Source: Octopus bimaculoides (Eukaryota). From it: a stretch of DNA of 33,000 nucleotides. The translations under genes and the position numbers were made by a program. Location: assembly GCF_001194135.2 (NCBI RefSeq), contig NC_068984.1, positions 60,776,660 to 60,809,659 of the forward strand, written 5' to 3'. The notes beneath the pieces are model-generated. The model did no database searches and had not been told where the DNA came from. It worked only from the letters and a program-made list of their open reading frames with translations. Position 1 is the first letter of the stretch. Each line of letters opens with the position of its first letter. Below are positions 1 to 11,234 of this stretch, piece after piece.

Positions 1-627
1 CAATCTTCTCTATAGGACAAATAATGCTTACATACATATAATAAATTATATCACATCTTTTGTGAAATAGTGTATATGGATTTTTAAAATAGCCACCGCA
101 GATCCATACATTTTCGGCACAGTGTAGTTGATTTAATCAAACCCAAGGTGATTTAATAAAACCTAGAAAATAATGAATTTAGAGACAAGTGCGTTGAGAT
201 AGATGTTCTCAATGCAGAATGAGATATAATTGAATAGCTGGTGACAGCTGGAGTAGTTTGAAGAGTGGCAGAGATATTGCTTGAATTGAAAGAATGAGGA
301 AGAAAAACTTTGATCTGAAATAACTGGAAGTTTTTGTTATTGATAGCCATCTGGATATCAGTAACTTGATTTTATAGATTGTCAAAGCTGTCACTAAGTG
401 ATAGACCAGAATGAGAAACTAGCATCCTATCCATGAATAAAGTTGGATTTCCAGTTGATAATAATACAAAAATGTGAATGGGGATTTTTTTTTCCCAAAA
501 AATTTGAAACCAATATTCTTCTGCTATGGATTGCCTGGTAAAAAAAAGAAAAAAGGAAAAGATTTTAAAAAGTGAGGAATTCACCCTTGTACATGTTTAC
601 AAACAAACACTTACACACTCACACACT

Positions 628-686
628 TATATACATACATACATATATACATACATGCATACATACATACATACATACATACATAC
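628..686. repeat. (TACA)n microsatellite with variant units
   Basis: Directly visible ACAT/TACA tandem array; source of the YIHT/MYVC ORFs in the track. Confidence 0.95.
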
Positions 687-718
687 AAGAGACCAAAGTG
701 TATGTACGCTGCCATATG

Positions 719-1073
719 TATATAAAAAAGAATAGAAAAGTGGGACAAGAACGCAAAACATTGAAACAACTGATAAAAAAAAGGGACAAGACAAAACAAG
801 GATGGGTCATTCAAAGTTTTCTTTCCTCAGTCAAGTTCCTGATTATCTTTGCAATTTCGGCTGGTTATACTTGAGATTTCTCCAGATAAATTAGTTTTTC
901 CTTGGGGCTGGCCAGATTGGAGCAATCTTGAGTATAACCAGTCGAAATTGCAAAGATTATCTGGAAAGAAAACTCTGAATGACCCATCCTGGTTTTATCT
1001 TGTTCCTTTTTTGTATCATCTAACTGTCTGGATGTTTTGCGTTCTTGTCCCATTTTGTATTCCTTTTTATATA
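719..1073. repeat. Fold-back inverted repeat with ~155-165 bp arms and a 33 bp spacer (MITE-like or Penelope-like inverted remnant)
   Basis: 719-884 (tatataaaaaagaatagaaaagtgggacaagaacgcaaaacat...ttgagatttctcca) is the reverse complement of 918-1073 (tggagcaatcttgag...gttttgcgttcttgtcccattttgtattcctttttatata), with scattered mismatches and small indels. The family assignment is inference only. Confidence 0.9.
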
Positions 1074-1074
1074 C

Positions 1075-1151
1075 AAACATACATACATACATGTGTGTGT
1101 ATGTATGTATGTATGTATGTATGTATGTATGTATGTATGTGTGTGTGTATG
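1075..1151. repeat. Compound (ACAT)/(GT)/(GTAT)n microsatellite
   Basis: Directly visible tandem array. Confidence 0.95.
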
Positions 1152-2349
1152 CATTGATATTTACCATATTTTGCAGAGAGGTTTTAATGCAACCCAGAAT
1201 AATGCATAAATAAAAAATACTGGGTCTGGAGTCCCTAGAGATAAAACAGAAATGAGTAAAAAAGAGATATAGAGAGACTGAAAGTTGTAAAGGAGTGTTA
1301 GTGTGTGCTACAGAAACGGTCAGTTCAACATGGCAAAACTCCATAGTTTTCTTTCTCAACAAGGGTCTGAGACAGTCTTTCACAGCTTCTGAAGGTAAAC
1401 TGGTAAGTCTATGTTTTCTTCGTCTTTAGTTCTATGTCACATGATCACAGGTCATGCTCAGTAGACATATTTTCATCAAAATATTTTACTACAGAACTAA
1501 GAAATATTGTCTGCTCGTAGACAATGCTCTTGCTGAATAAATCATTTTTTGGCTAGAATTGCTTCGAACAAAATCATCAACATTGTCCAAGGGAAGGTGA
1601 AATCAAAGGCAGCATTTTGAGATACTATATTAGTTATTCTATATATTGCTGGCTGGGAGTTGAATCACTGCTATCTCTAGCAGTTAAGTGTCTATCATTG
1701 ACAAGACCAAGGAAGATCAAAATCATATGATCTGGTAGTCTTGGTGCTGGAAATAGCTGGGATTTATCTCCCTGCTAGTGATATACACAAGAGTGTATTT
1801 TGCATCTAAAATCCAATATGAGAGTTTCTCTCATGGTATCTATGGCAGTATAGTTTGTTCTAACAAAACATCCACATTTAAGTAGAGATAAATATTACCT
1901 CCAAGTATTAATACTGCCTCTGTCACTAATACACACTATATTAGTTTGAGTGAGCAAATGTGTGTGTATGTATGTGTGTACTTGTGTGAGCATATGTTAT
2001 GATGGTGTCCACTAAGTGAGCATGGTATTGAGCAGAATATTTGCTTTAACGATATTTCTGCTTCAATGCTGAATCCGTTTGAAATGTAATGGAAAATGGG
2101 CCAGTTTCAAAACATTGATGTCCAGGACACAAAAGCAAAGTTTAAAGGAAATAGTAGTTATTTCCTTTGATTTGTAGATAGAAACAAAGAGGAAATAACA
2201 CTTACTGACCAAAAAAAAAAAATGTTACACTGTGTTTCCAAAGTCAAAGGACCCATACACAAACCGAAGTAAGATATTTGTCTTGGCAGTGTTAAGTGAG
2301 TTTTGTAACAGAGGAACTTTGTCCTAGAGACATACCATAATGAATTCAA

Positions 2350-2547
2350 CCCTTTAGCATTTAAACTAGACATATCTGGTCCAAATAGTCTGCCAGCTTT
2401 ATGTTCAAAGTGGCCAGATATGTCTTCTCAAATCTACAATATAATGTCATTCTAAAATATTGAAACTACAAGATAATGCATGGTTAATTCAAAACAATGG
2501 GAATAAATAAGAATTTTATTTAACAAAGTAAGCTGGATGCTAAAGGG
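2350..2547. mobile_element. piggyBac-type non-autonomous element (MITE), 198 bp
   Basis: Perfect 11 bp TIRs CCCTTTAGCAT (2350-2360) and ATGCTAAAGGG (2537-2547). Flanked by TCAA (2346-2349, one mismatch) and TTAA (2548-2551). CCC...GGG termini with a TTAA target duplication are piggyBac hallmarks. Confidence 0.85.
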
Positions 2548-2599
2548 TTAAAGCATATCATCTGGACACCAGCTAAGAATTTCTAAGATTATAGATATT

Positions 2600-2830
2600 T
2601 GTCAACTCTACACATCCTTTTGACAGTTATTGCATTTGTGCTACTGAGTTTCTAGCTCCACTCCTCAGTAGGCTAGTTTGCCAGTCGTGGAAGTGGTGGT
2701 GGTGCCACTTTAGTTGACCATACAAGAAGATTTACTGAATTACTTGTTACCAGCAGCCTTCACAGAGTGACCTGTATTCTATAAAGTGTTACATGCACAG
2801 AAAAAGGATAGATTTATAGAAGCTAGAATT
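2600..2830 (-). pseudogene. Highly decayed RTE-type LINE fragment (region C-terminal to the RT domain)
   Basis: Minus-strand translation with one frameshift gives TGHSVKAAGNK*...IFLYGQLK, resembling the RTE motif WAGHVVRM.D.RLPKQIFYGEL. A VKQGS-like word near 2990-3010 may be RT motif B. By-eye similarity only. Confidence 0.35.
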
Positions 2831-3278
2831 TTATTTATAATCCTGATAAAGTATTACTGCATCTGTCATTGCAAGTGCTCTTTGCTTTTAGATTATTTTT
2901 ATTAGAGCAATATAAAACCTGATTACTATTGGACTAAGTAAGTCATAAGTAAACTGAACTTAATTTTAGTCTGTTTTTAGACCTAAATCAACTGCCTTGT
3001 TTGACACTGCCACCTAGATCTTAAATGATTTTGGAAGAGTTCACTCTGTTGCAGGTATTTAGGCCAAATTTTCAATCTGAGACCTCTCCATGTACTCTGC
3101 TTTCTCCTGCTAACCATTAAAAATATTGCAGGCCTATTCGGAATATTTTGCATACAGAATGATGACAGTAGTATTGTAGTCTTTGAAAAGGGTGATAGAA
3201 TTGATATTATGATGTCAAAATAACTGTGATGTCTAGTTATGTCCCTTTGTTTCAAAGTGCCAATTCCACTTTAATTCC

Positions 3279-3468
3279 ACTGTAAAAATTTGTAAAACTT
3301 TTCAGGCGTTTATCATTTAAGTATTTATATGCATGTCTAGACATGCAACTATATGTGTGAGAATACATACATAAGACAAAACATACAAATCTATACATGC
3401 ACTGACTCTAAATTACTGCACATGTACACACATGCATGGAAAAATACCCTGTTGATGTTGTTGAAATT
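3279..3468 (+). repeat. 190 bp direct repeat, copy 1
   Basis: actgtaaaaatttgtaaaacttttcaggcg...ccctgttgatgttgttgaaatt; matches 3942-4131 with 4 substitutions by manual comparison. Confidence 0.95.
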
Positions 3469-3617
3469 CGTTTCGTCATCTCATGGTCAATACTGAAGGT
3501 ATTTAAACTGACAGCACTCCTCCCTCTAAATGCATGATTTGCGTGTTTATGTAAGACACACACACACATACATCCCTACCTATACAAATACCAACATACA
3601 TACATGCATACATAATA

Positions 3618-3820
3618 CATCATCATTTAACGACTGCTTTCCATGCTGGCATGGGTTGGATGGTTTGACTGAGGACTGGCAAGCCAGGAGGCTGCATTAA
3701 GCTCCAACCTGTTCTAGCAAGGTTTCTACAGCTGGATGCCCTTCCTAATGCCAACCACTCTGAGAGTGTAGTGGGTGCTTTTTAAGTGCCACTGAAACAG
3801 GGGCCAGTCAGGTGGCACTG
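3618..3820 (-). mobile_element. 5'-truncated retroposon 3' end with (GAT)n tail (RTE-LINE 3'UTR-like family), short copy
   Basis: Begins catcatcatttaacgactgctttccatgctggcatgggttggatgg and aligns to 9033-9240 and, inverted, to 14370-14559. A trinucleotide tail with variable 5' truncation indicates TPRT retroposition. Confidence 0.85.
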
Positions 3821-3941
3821 GTATACATACATGCATAAATATGTAATACACTGCCTAAGTACTAATCTTGAGAAATTAGGCTTCTCAAAATCAGAAAGGA
3901 GAAAGCTGATTTGAAGACTAAAGATCCAAGCCATCACTGGA

Positions 3942-4131
3942 ACTGTAAAAATTTGTAAAACTTTTCAGGCGTTTATCATTTAAGTAGTTATGTGCATGTC
4001 TAGACATGCAAATATATGTGTGAGAATACATACATAAAACAAAACATACAAATCTATACATGCACTGACTCTAAATTACTGCACATGTACACACATGCAT
4101 GGAAAAATACCCTGTTGATGTTGTTGAAATT
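3942..4131 (+). repeat. 190 bp direct repeat, copy 2
   Basis: Matches 3279-3468 at an offset of 663 bp. Confidence 0.95.
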
Positions 4132-4214
4132 TCAATGAAAGAGCCTTGGGTATAGGTTAGAAGCTTACTCTTTCTTTATTAGCAAGAACTCTTGAAATAA
4201 AGCTGAATGATAAA

Positions 4215-5079
4215 TGAGGTGATGTCAAAAAATTTTCAGACAAGTTCTGTAGCATGCCAACAGATGGCAGCACAGTAAAAACTGTCAATGACCTTCATGA
4301 GGCATATGTTTACTTTGCAAGTTGTGAAATTTGTGTTTTTGTAATCACATTTATGTTGTTGTCTGTGATTTTGTCATGGATAAGACCAAAGAGCCAACGT
4401 AAAATTTTACATTAAATTTTGGAAGTCTGCTACAGAGACATTGAACATGAGGCAATGGGTCATATGTATGGATTCAAGTGGCATGGGTGCTTCAAAAGTA
4501 AAAGAACATCCTTGGAAGATGATGAGCAATCTGCAAGACCTGCGATGAACATCACCCCCAAAAATGTGGTATTGTGCATTGAGAATTCATCTCTCTGTGT
4601 CAGACCATTAATTGGGAATTCTATTGTGATGCTTTGAAGCATTTGAGGGGGGACATTTGGCAAAAGCAACCAGAACTGTTGAGCATGAAGAACTGGATTC
4701 TTCACAATGACAATGCACCCTGTCATTGAGCCCTCCTCATTCATGAGTTTCTTGCCAAAAACAACATGATATTGCTTTTGCACCCACCCTATTCTCCAGA
4801 TTTAGCAACTGCGTACTTCCATCTCTTCTCTATAATGAAAATGCAGCCCAAACGTCACTGTTTTAACTCCATTGTTGAGATCTGGAGCAAATTGCGGAAG
4901 GTCCTTGACTCATTTACAGAAAACAACTTTCAGGCTGGATTCCAAAAGTGGCAGGATCGCTGGGGCCAGTGTATTGCTGCACAAGGTGACTATTATGAAG
5001 AAAATGATGTTAAAACTTAGGTGAATAAATTATTTTTTATTAAACATAACTAGTCCTAGGACCTTTTGAAACCACCTTT
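4215..5079 (+). mobile_element. Internally deleted, frameshifted mariner (DD34D-type) transposon
   Basis: N-terminal MDKTKE (ATG 4376) and the HTH region ...FKWHGCFKSKRTSLEDDEQSARP. C-terminal WILHNDNAPCH, HPPYSPDLA and FQKWQDRWGQCIAAQGDYYE. Degenerate ~30 bp TIRs at 4216-4245 and 5049-5078, followed by TA. Confidence 0.93.
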
Positions 5080-5081
5080 TA

Positions 5082-5350
5082 CATGCACACACACACACAC
5101 ATGCATAAATACATACATATATACATACATATATACATACATACATACATATGTACATACATACATATGTACATACATACATATGTACATACATACATAC
5201 ATATGTACATACATACATATGTACATACATACATACATATGTACATACATACATACATATGTACATACATACATACATACATATGTACATACATACATAT
5301 GTACATACATACATACATACATACGTACGTACTTACATACATACATACAT
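5082..5350. repeat. (AC)n followed by (ACAT)n with periodic ATGT interruptions
   Basis: Directly visible; explains six ORFs in the track. Confidence 0.95.
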
Positions 5351-6374
5351 GGTGATTGCTTCATCTTCACAGAGGACTGCTGTCTTCTTGTTGCTTTCTC
5401 ATAGCCAACAGTATTTCTGACTTTCTGTTTTTAGTCTCTAAGATGACTATTCAGTTCCTTTGCAGATATACATGGTTTGAAGCATGGGTAACACATGAAA
5501 GATGCAAATAACTGCGTCCATCTAAATGATTAGGTCTGCATATGTCACCACTTTTCCATTGTCATAAGACTTTCAACAGATGGACTGGCAAAAAAGGCCC
5601 TCGTAAAGAGACATCTGTATATTATCAAATTATAGTGATAAATGCTTGTACAACACTAGAACTATTCTCTGAGTCTCCAAGAACCTGATAATAGGCTAAA
5701 GCAAGATGACCAGTAATCACATGAAACTTCAGGTTTTACACCAGAATGTCCCTCTTCTATAACAAGCATGCTGTGACAACAGCCAAGGGTTCCACACTCC
5801 TGTTGGTTTTACTGAGTGACCTGACAACTACCAAGGGTACTTCTGTGACCCTAAGCTCAGAGGGATTGTTATCATTTATGCTAGTTAACCCATAGCTGGG
5901 ACCCTGACAAGTGATACTACTCTGGGTCACACACAGGAATAATAGACACTCTCACACACACATGCATTAACATGAACACACACACACACACACATACAAA
6001 ATCTCTTACTTTGATCAAGCGACACATTCATACATAATTCTCAAACCCAAATAAAATGCACATATACCCACTCCCTCAGACATTAAAATAACTGTCACTG
6101 CAATAACAAGATACAGTATGTCCATTTTGGATATTAATGTGACAAAGGTGGAGCAAAGAGGGCACATAGTTCATGAGGCTCTGAACTTCATTGTCGTTGA
6201 CTGTGAGTACACACTAGTGACAAAAATCAATAAGCCAGAAAGGCATATTTAGCACTCACATTAGCTGCCAACATTTAAGATATTATCTCTGGAAGAATCC
6301 CAGGCAATGTTTTTACATTGAGTATGATACACAGATGGCTATTTTAATCTAATACTACTCCTGTTGCATACATA

Positions 6375-6485
<111 letters not shown>

Positions 6486-7270
6486 TCTTTTCATTTTATT
6501 CAATAGAATGTTGAACCTAAAGCTTTTAAAACCTATTGTCTGTATCAAATATATTCTATATTCTGGCATAATCTACTCAATTTCCATCTTGACTTATAAG
6601 AATTCTTTGAAAGTTTCCCAAACAGATATCAATTTATCATTGAATTATTTCTTAAACTCAACAGGATGCTACCATTTTCCATTCAATGCCTGTATTTAAG
6701 TGAGTATAATTACATTTCTGTCAGAACTTTTCTCCACTTACATAGCTTCCTAATTTGGGCTTGCCTTAAATACATCAATTCTTCACTACCTTTTTATGAC
6801 ACGTTTGTCAAACTTGTCTTGATGAGAATGAATAAATAGAGCAACTAAATAACATTACTTACCTACTTTAATGTACAACAGTACAGGCAAATCATACAAG
6901 ATGGGCCAGTATATTGGATTAGGAAACTCAGTTGTGAAATGTCCATTCTTTACAAAGATTGACCATATTCTTATTTCTTGCACATTTAATCAAATTATAT
7001 GAATGATATTTCTTTATATTCCATTCTTTTATCAAGTGGATGAATGTAGAAACGTAATTTAGTAGTCTTTGTATGTTAAAATTTGATAGCAATTTAAATA
7101 CTAATGAAAAAATTTGTGTGTGTTGTGTGCATGCATGCGCTAATATTCATATGTAATTACCTCATTTGATTTGTTTTGTAGTGTTGTTCTTAATGTAAAG
7201 GATTTACAAAATCGTACTACTGAAAACAAGATTAAAATAAAAGTACAAGTGTGTGTGAATGTATTTATAT

Positions 7271-7315
<45 letters not shown>

Positions 7316-8112
7316 NNNNNNNNNNNNNNNNNNNNNNNNNNNNNNNNNNNNNNNNNNNNNNNNNNNNNNNNNNNNNNNNNNNNNNNNNNNNNNNNNNNNN
7401 NNNNNNNNNNNNNNNNNNNNNNNNNNNNNNNNNNNNNNNNNNNNNNNNNNNNNNNNNNNNNNNNNNNNNNNNNNNNNNNNNNNNNNNNNNNNNNNNNNNN
7501 NNNNNNNNNNNNNNNNNNNNNNNNNNNNNNNNNNNNNNNNNNNNNNNNNNNNNNNNNNNNNNNNNNNNNNNNNNNNNNNNNNNNNNNNNNNNNNNNNNNN
7601 NNNNNNNNNNNNNNNNNNNNNNNNNNNNNNNNNNNNNNNNNNNNNNNNNNNNNNNNNNNNNNNNNNNNNNNNNNNNNNNNNNNNNNNNNNNNNNNNNNNN
7701 NNNNNNNNNNNNNNNNNNNNNNNNNNNNNNNNNNNNNNNNNNNNNNNNNNNNNNNNNNNNNNNNNNNNNNNNNNNNNNNNNNNNNNNNNNNNNNNNNNNN
7801 NNNNNNNNNNNNNNNNNNNNNNNNNNNNNNNNNNNNNNNNNNNNNNNNNNNNNNNNNNNNNNNNNNNNNNNNNNNNNNNNNNNNNNNNNNNNNNNNNNNN
7901 NNNNNNNNNNNNNNNNNNNNNNNNNNNNNNNNNNNNNNNNNNNNNNNNNNNNNNNNNNNNNNNNNNNNNNNNNNNNNNNNNNNNNNNNNNNNNNNNNNNN
8001 NNNNNNNNNNNNNNNNNNNNNNNNNNNNNNNNNNNNNNNNNNNNNNNNNNNNNNNNNNNNNNNNNNNNNNNNNNNNNNNNNNNNNNNNNNNNNNNNNNNN
8101 NNNNNNNNNNNN
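7316..8112. other. Assembly gap (N), preceded by (TA)n
   Basis: Run of N. Confidence 1.
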
Positions 8113-8999
8113 GGTGAAAAGTAATTAGGCATTAGAAATTGCTTATAGAATTTTTAGTATCACTGAAATCATGATGAAAACATTTTTAAAACAGACAACA
8201 CTAATACAGATTTTTTTAATTTTCTGATTGTCTTATTTCTTATTTTCCAGATGGCCGGTTGCTTGACTGTTCAAGAGTGAGCTAAGATCGCAGCATGCTA
8301 TGAAGTGTTGAATTCCATTATCTTGGTTCAGAGATGGTGGTGTGCATAGAAAGATAAGCATGCAAAACCATGTCTGGATACAATAAAAAGTTGTCATGCA
8401 AAGCTAATGACCATGAGCTCTGTGAATGATACAAGAAGTGGCCATCCAACTACATCCCAGTCAGTGGAGAGCATGGCAACAGTGCAGAAAATGCTTAATC
8501 ACAGTCTGCAAAAATCAACACATCAAGCAGCTCATGAAAGTGGGCTAACAAGACGCACAATATGTATGGTGTTGCATAAAGAATTGAATTTTTGTCCATA
8601 GAAACCTCATTATGTGCAGGAGCTAAAACCTGATGAGTCGACATGGATTTCATGAACAGCCTCCAAGAAATCTAGATCTCACTCCATGGGATTTTTACCT
8701 GTGGGGTTGCACAAAAGAGGTGTACAAGATAAAACCTTGTACACTGGAGGACTTGGAGACATGGATTCAGGAGGTTCTCCATGATATCTCAGACAACATC
8801 CTTCTGAAGATTGTCCATTCCATCCCTGGCCATCTGAGGAAACTGGTTAATGCCACTGGTGCTTACGTTGAAATATCAAGATTTACTTTCATTTTCCCAT
8901 ATAATAAAGAACATGTATCAACATGTTTCAATAGATTTGTAAAAGGGATATGGATTTTATTACCAATATTTAATGCCTATTGACCTTTCATCCACACTG
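8113..8999 (+). mobile_element. Internally deleted Tc1/mariner-superfamily transposon of the WPPRSPDL type (probably rosa/DD41D-related); 5' end clipped by the gap
   Basis: From ATG 8251: MAGCLTVQE*AKIAACYEV...RSGHPTTSQS...KSTHQAAHESGL...KPHYVQELKPDE. The frame then jumps to QPPRNLDLTPWDFYLWG...NATGAYVEI. TIR match: 8113 ggtgaaaagtaattaggcattagaaattg versus the reverse complement of 8960-8992 gatgaaaggtcaataggcattaaatattgg. Ends CACTG|TA. DD spacing cannot be read because the core is deleted. Confidence 0.88.
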
Positions 9000-9032
9000 T
9001 ATACTACATATAAGTATATATACATATATATA

Positions 9033-9556
9033 TCATCATCATCATCATCATCGTTTAACGTCAGCTTTCTATGCTAGCATGGGTTGGACGATTTGACTGA
9101 GGACTGGTGGACCAAGAGGCGACACCAGGCTCCAATCTGATTTGGAAGAGTTTCTACAGCTGGATACCCTTCCTAACACCAACCACTCCGAGAGTGTAGT
9201 GGGTGTTTTACGTGCCACTGGCACGAGGGCCAGTCAGATGGAACTGGCGATGGTCATGCTCAAAATGGTGTGTTTTATGTGCCACCTGCACAGGAGTCAG
9301 TCCATTGGCACTGGCAACGATTTCGCTCGAATGTCTTCTCATGTGTCACTGGCACAAGTGCCAGGGAGGCGACGTTGGTAACAATCAACGGCCACACTCG
9401 AAATGGTGTATTTTACACTGGTACAGGTGCCATCTCGATTTCACTTTCACTTGCCCCAACAGGTCTTTGCAAGCCGAGTTTAGTGTTCCTACAAATTTGG
9501 TTCGATTCCGACTTTGATTTCACTTGCCTCACCATGTCTTCGCAAGCGGAGTGGTA
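9033..9556 (-). mobile_element. 5'-truncated retroposon 3' end with (GAT)n tail (RTE-LINE 3'UTR-like family), long copy
   Basis: (TCA)n at 9033-9052, then cgtttaacgtcagctttctatgctagcatgggttggacgatttgactgaggactgg. Internal imperfect repeats of the tgccagt...gtggcac type. Homologous to 3618-3820 and 14121-14559. Confidence 0.9.
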
Positions 9557-9852
9557 ACAAATTAAAAACTCTATAACTCCTAAACTACTTAAACTTGAAA
9601 GCTGAAATTTGAGATGAACTGCTTCTGCATCGCATTAAGTCAACACACCGAGTTTGGTAAACTCGAGTAAGCATTTTGACCCCTAGAATTTTGCATGATT
9701 TGGGTCAAAAGTGGAGTTAGATTTCACAGTTGGGGGTGACGTTTTTTAAAAAAGTTTAAAATAAAGGTTATTGTCTCTACTTATATAAAATTGTTTATGG
9801 ACTTTTGGTACAAGAAATTGTTTATCTCCAAAAGTCAAAAAGTTATAACCCT

Positions 9853-9853
9853 A

Positions 9854-9880
<27 letters not shown>
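9853..9880. repeat. (AC)n microsatellite
   Basis: Directly visible. Confidence 0.95.
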
Positions 9881-9885
<5 letters not shown>

Positions 9886-10065
9886 ATATATTAGATCTCT
9901 AACAGAATGCCATGATGTGTTCCTCTGATGATCCATTGTGGTTAGACATCCAAATACACTTGGAATATTCAATGCTGCATTCAAGACAACTGCACTGGTG
10001 AAATATACGCAGGAACTAAATATCCATGCTGGTATTTATCTTAATTCTCCACTCTATACACACTA

Positions 10066-10066
<1 letters not shown>

Positions 10067-10106
<40 letters not shown>
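10067..10106. repeat. (AG)n microsatellite
   Basis: Directly visible. Confidence 0.95.
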
Positions 10107-10831
10107 ATGAAAGAGATATACTTGGCAAAATGAAGAGTTTAATTATTTATCTGTGTCAGCTCAACATTTTGGTATGCTGCGGTGTAATTGGCGAAGTTGC
10201 CACCTAGCACACAACAGCTGCATAACTGAAGTGTCAGCGAGTTTTATTTACTGCTTAATTTTTAATCTCAGATTAGAGCTTATAATGCATAATGTCACAT
10301 TAAAATATATCTTAGCAGTTAATTAATAATTATTAATTTCCTCTTATACTTCGGATTAATTCTAGCGGCAAACATTATCTGAGACATCAATAAAACCGTC
10401 TGTCCCGATAACTTTTAATGGTTGACGTGTTATATGTGAAAGAAAATGCCACTCTTGTGGGGATTGAATAACTGTTAAATATTAAGTAAACATTTATTCT
10501 TTTACAAGTCATTAGATCGAGGTAATACCGAAGCATCGTATTGAAGAATTTCGTTCAACCAGATAGAACCCAGTACAGGCATATCTCAACTTACATCATT
10601 TCGCTTATTTTTGTTTGTTTTTAATAGATAAACCTCAATTTATGTCGGTTTCAGCGAACATATTTAGAAAAATAAAATTTAAAACAAAAATTGCCTAAAA
10701 ACCAATACTGAAGTTGAAAATCAAATAAAATACATGCGAAAAAAAAAAACATTTATTAAAAAATATATAAACTTTTGAAAATAATTTTTGTGTTACATCA
10801 TTTATTGAGTTGAGTCGCCAGTCTTGGAACT

Positions 10832-11042
10832 AATTCTTTTCGAATTTTGGCACAAGGCCAGCAATTTTGGAAGTGGAGTTAAGTCAACCATTAACTCTCC
10901 ACTGGTACTTACTTTAATCGACCCCGAAAGGGTGAAGGGCAAAAACTCGACCTTGGCGGAGCTTGAACTCAGAATGTAAAAACAGACGAGATGCCACTAA
11001 GCATTTTGCTCAGTGTGCTAATGATTCTGCCAGCTCACCGGC
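10832..11042 (-). mobile_element. tRNA-derived SINE (family A in this window)
   Basis: Reverse complement begins ggtgagctggcagaatcattagc (A-box-like), contains gagttcaagctcc (B-box-like) and ends ctggccttgtgccaaaattcgaaa. Aligns to 28462-28680, 28693-28907 and 29674-29868. Confidence 0.9.
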
Positions 11043-11234
11043 ATTCATGCCTTGGAACCACCCACTGACGTAAGCTGAGTTATGCCTGAACTTGGTCTGA
11101 AAATAAGTTTACTGAATTTCAGTTGCTACTTAAGTCCATCTAGAGATGCATCGACTTAACACTGGTATACACAAATATACATGCAAACACACATATGCAC
11201 GTCATCATTTCCATCTATTTGATTTCATTCGTGA

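Noticed and set aside
33-163. Minus-strand exon-like segment (ttttctag acceptor, gtatgt/gtaagc donor) reading FIKSPWV*LNQLHCAENVWICGGYFKNPY
   Set aside because: All three frames contain stops. The best frame has an in-frame TGA, and I see no SECIS or recognisable homology to justify a selenoprotein call.
300-540. Possible pogo/Tigger transposase traces (N.DETG-like at ~306-328; FPVDNNTKM*M; also LLVDNA at ~1510)
   Set aside because: The motifs need several ad hoc indels and are too short to separate from chance.
526-1383. ORFs of 65-172 aa rich in YIHT/MYVC, plus similar ORFs at 5030-5420, 6339-6699 and 32081-32955
   Set aside because: These are translations of (TACA)n/(TA)n microsatellites, which lack stop codons in several frames.
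6117-6252. Short plus-strand frame MSILDINVTKVEQRGHIVHEALNFIVVD with a GTGAGT donor
   Set aside because: Poor acceptor, no partner exon, and only a vague resemblance to a LINE endonuclease N-terminus.
6861-6990. Minus-strand frame WSIFVKNGHFTTEFP... ending at a perfect AG|GTAAGT donor
   Set aside because: There is no polypyrimidine acceptor before the upstream stop. It may be an L1/Tx1-like RT trace, but the support is too weak to list.
7140-8132. Long ORFs spanning N runs (also 15364-15881 and 24454-25264)
   Set aside because: Artefacts of translating assembly gaps as X.
9142-9557. Cys/His-rich ORFs at 9142-9557 and 14089-14621
   Set aside because: They lie entirely within the GC-richer retroposon 3'UTR-like repeat and occur on both strands, so they are not evidence of genes.
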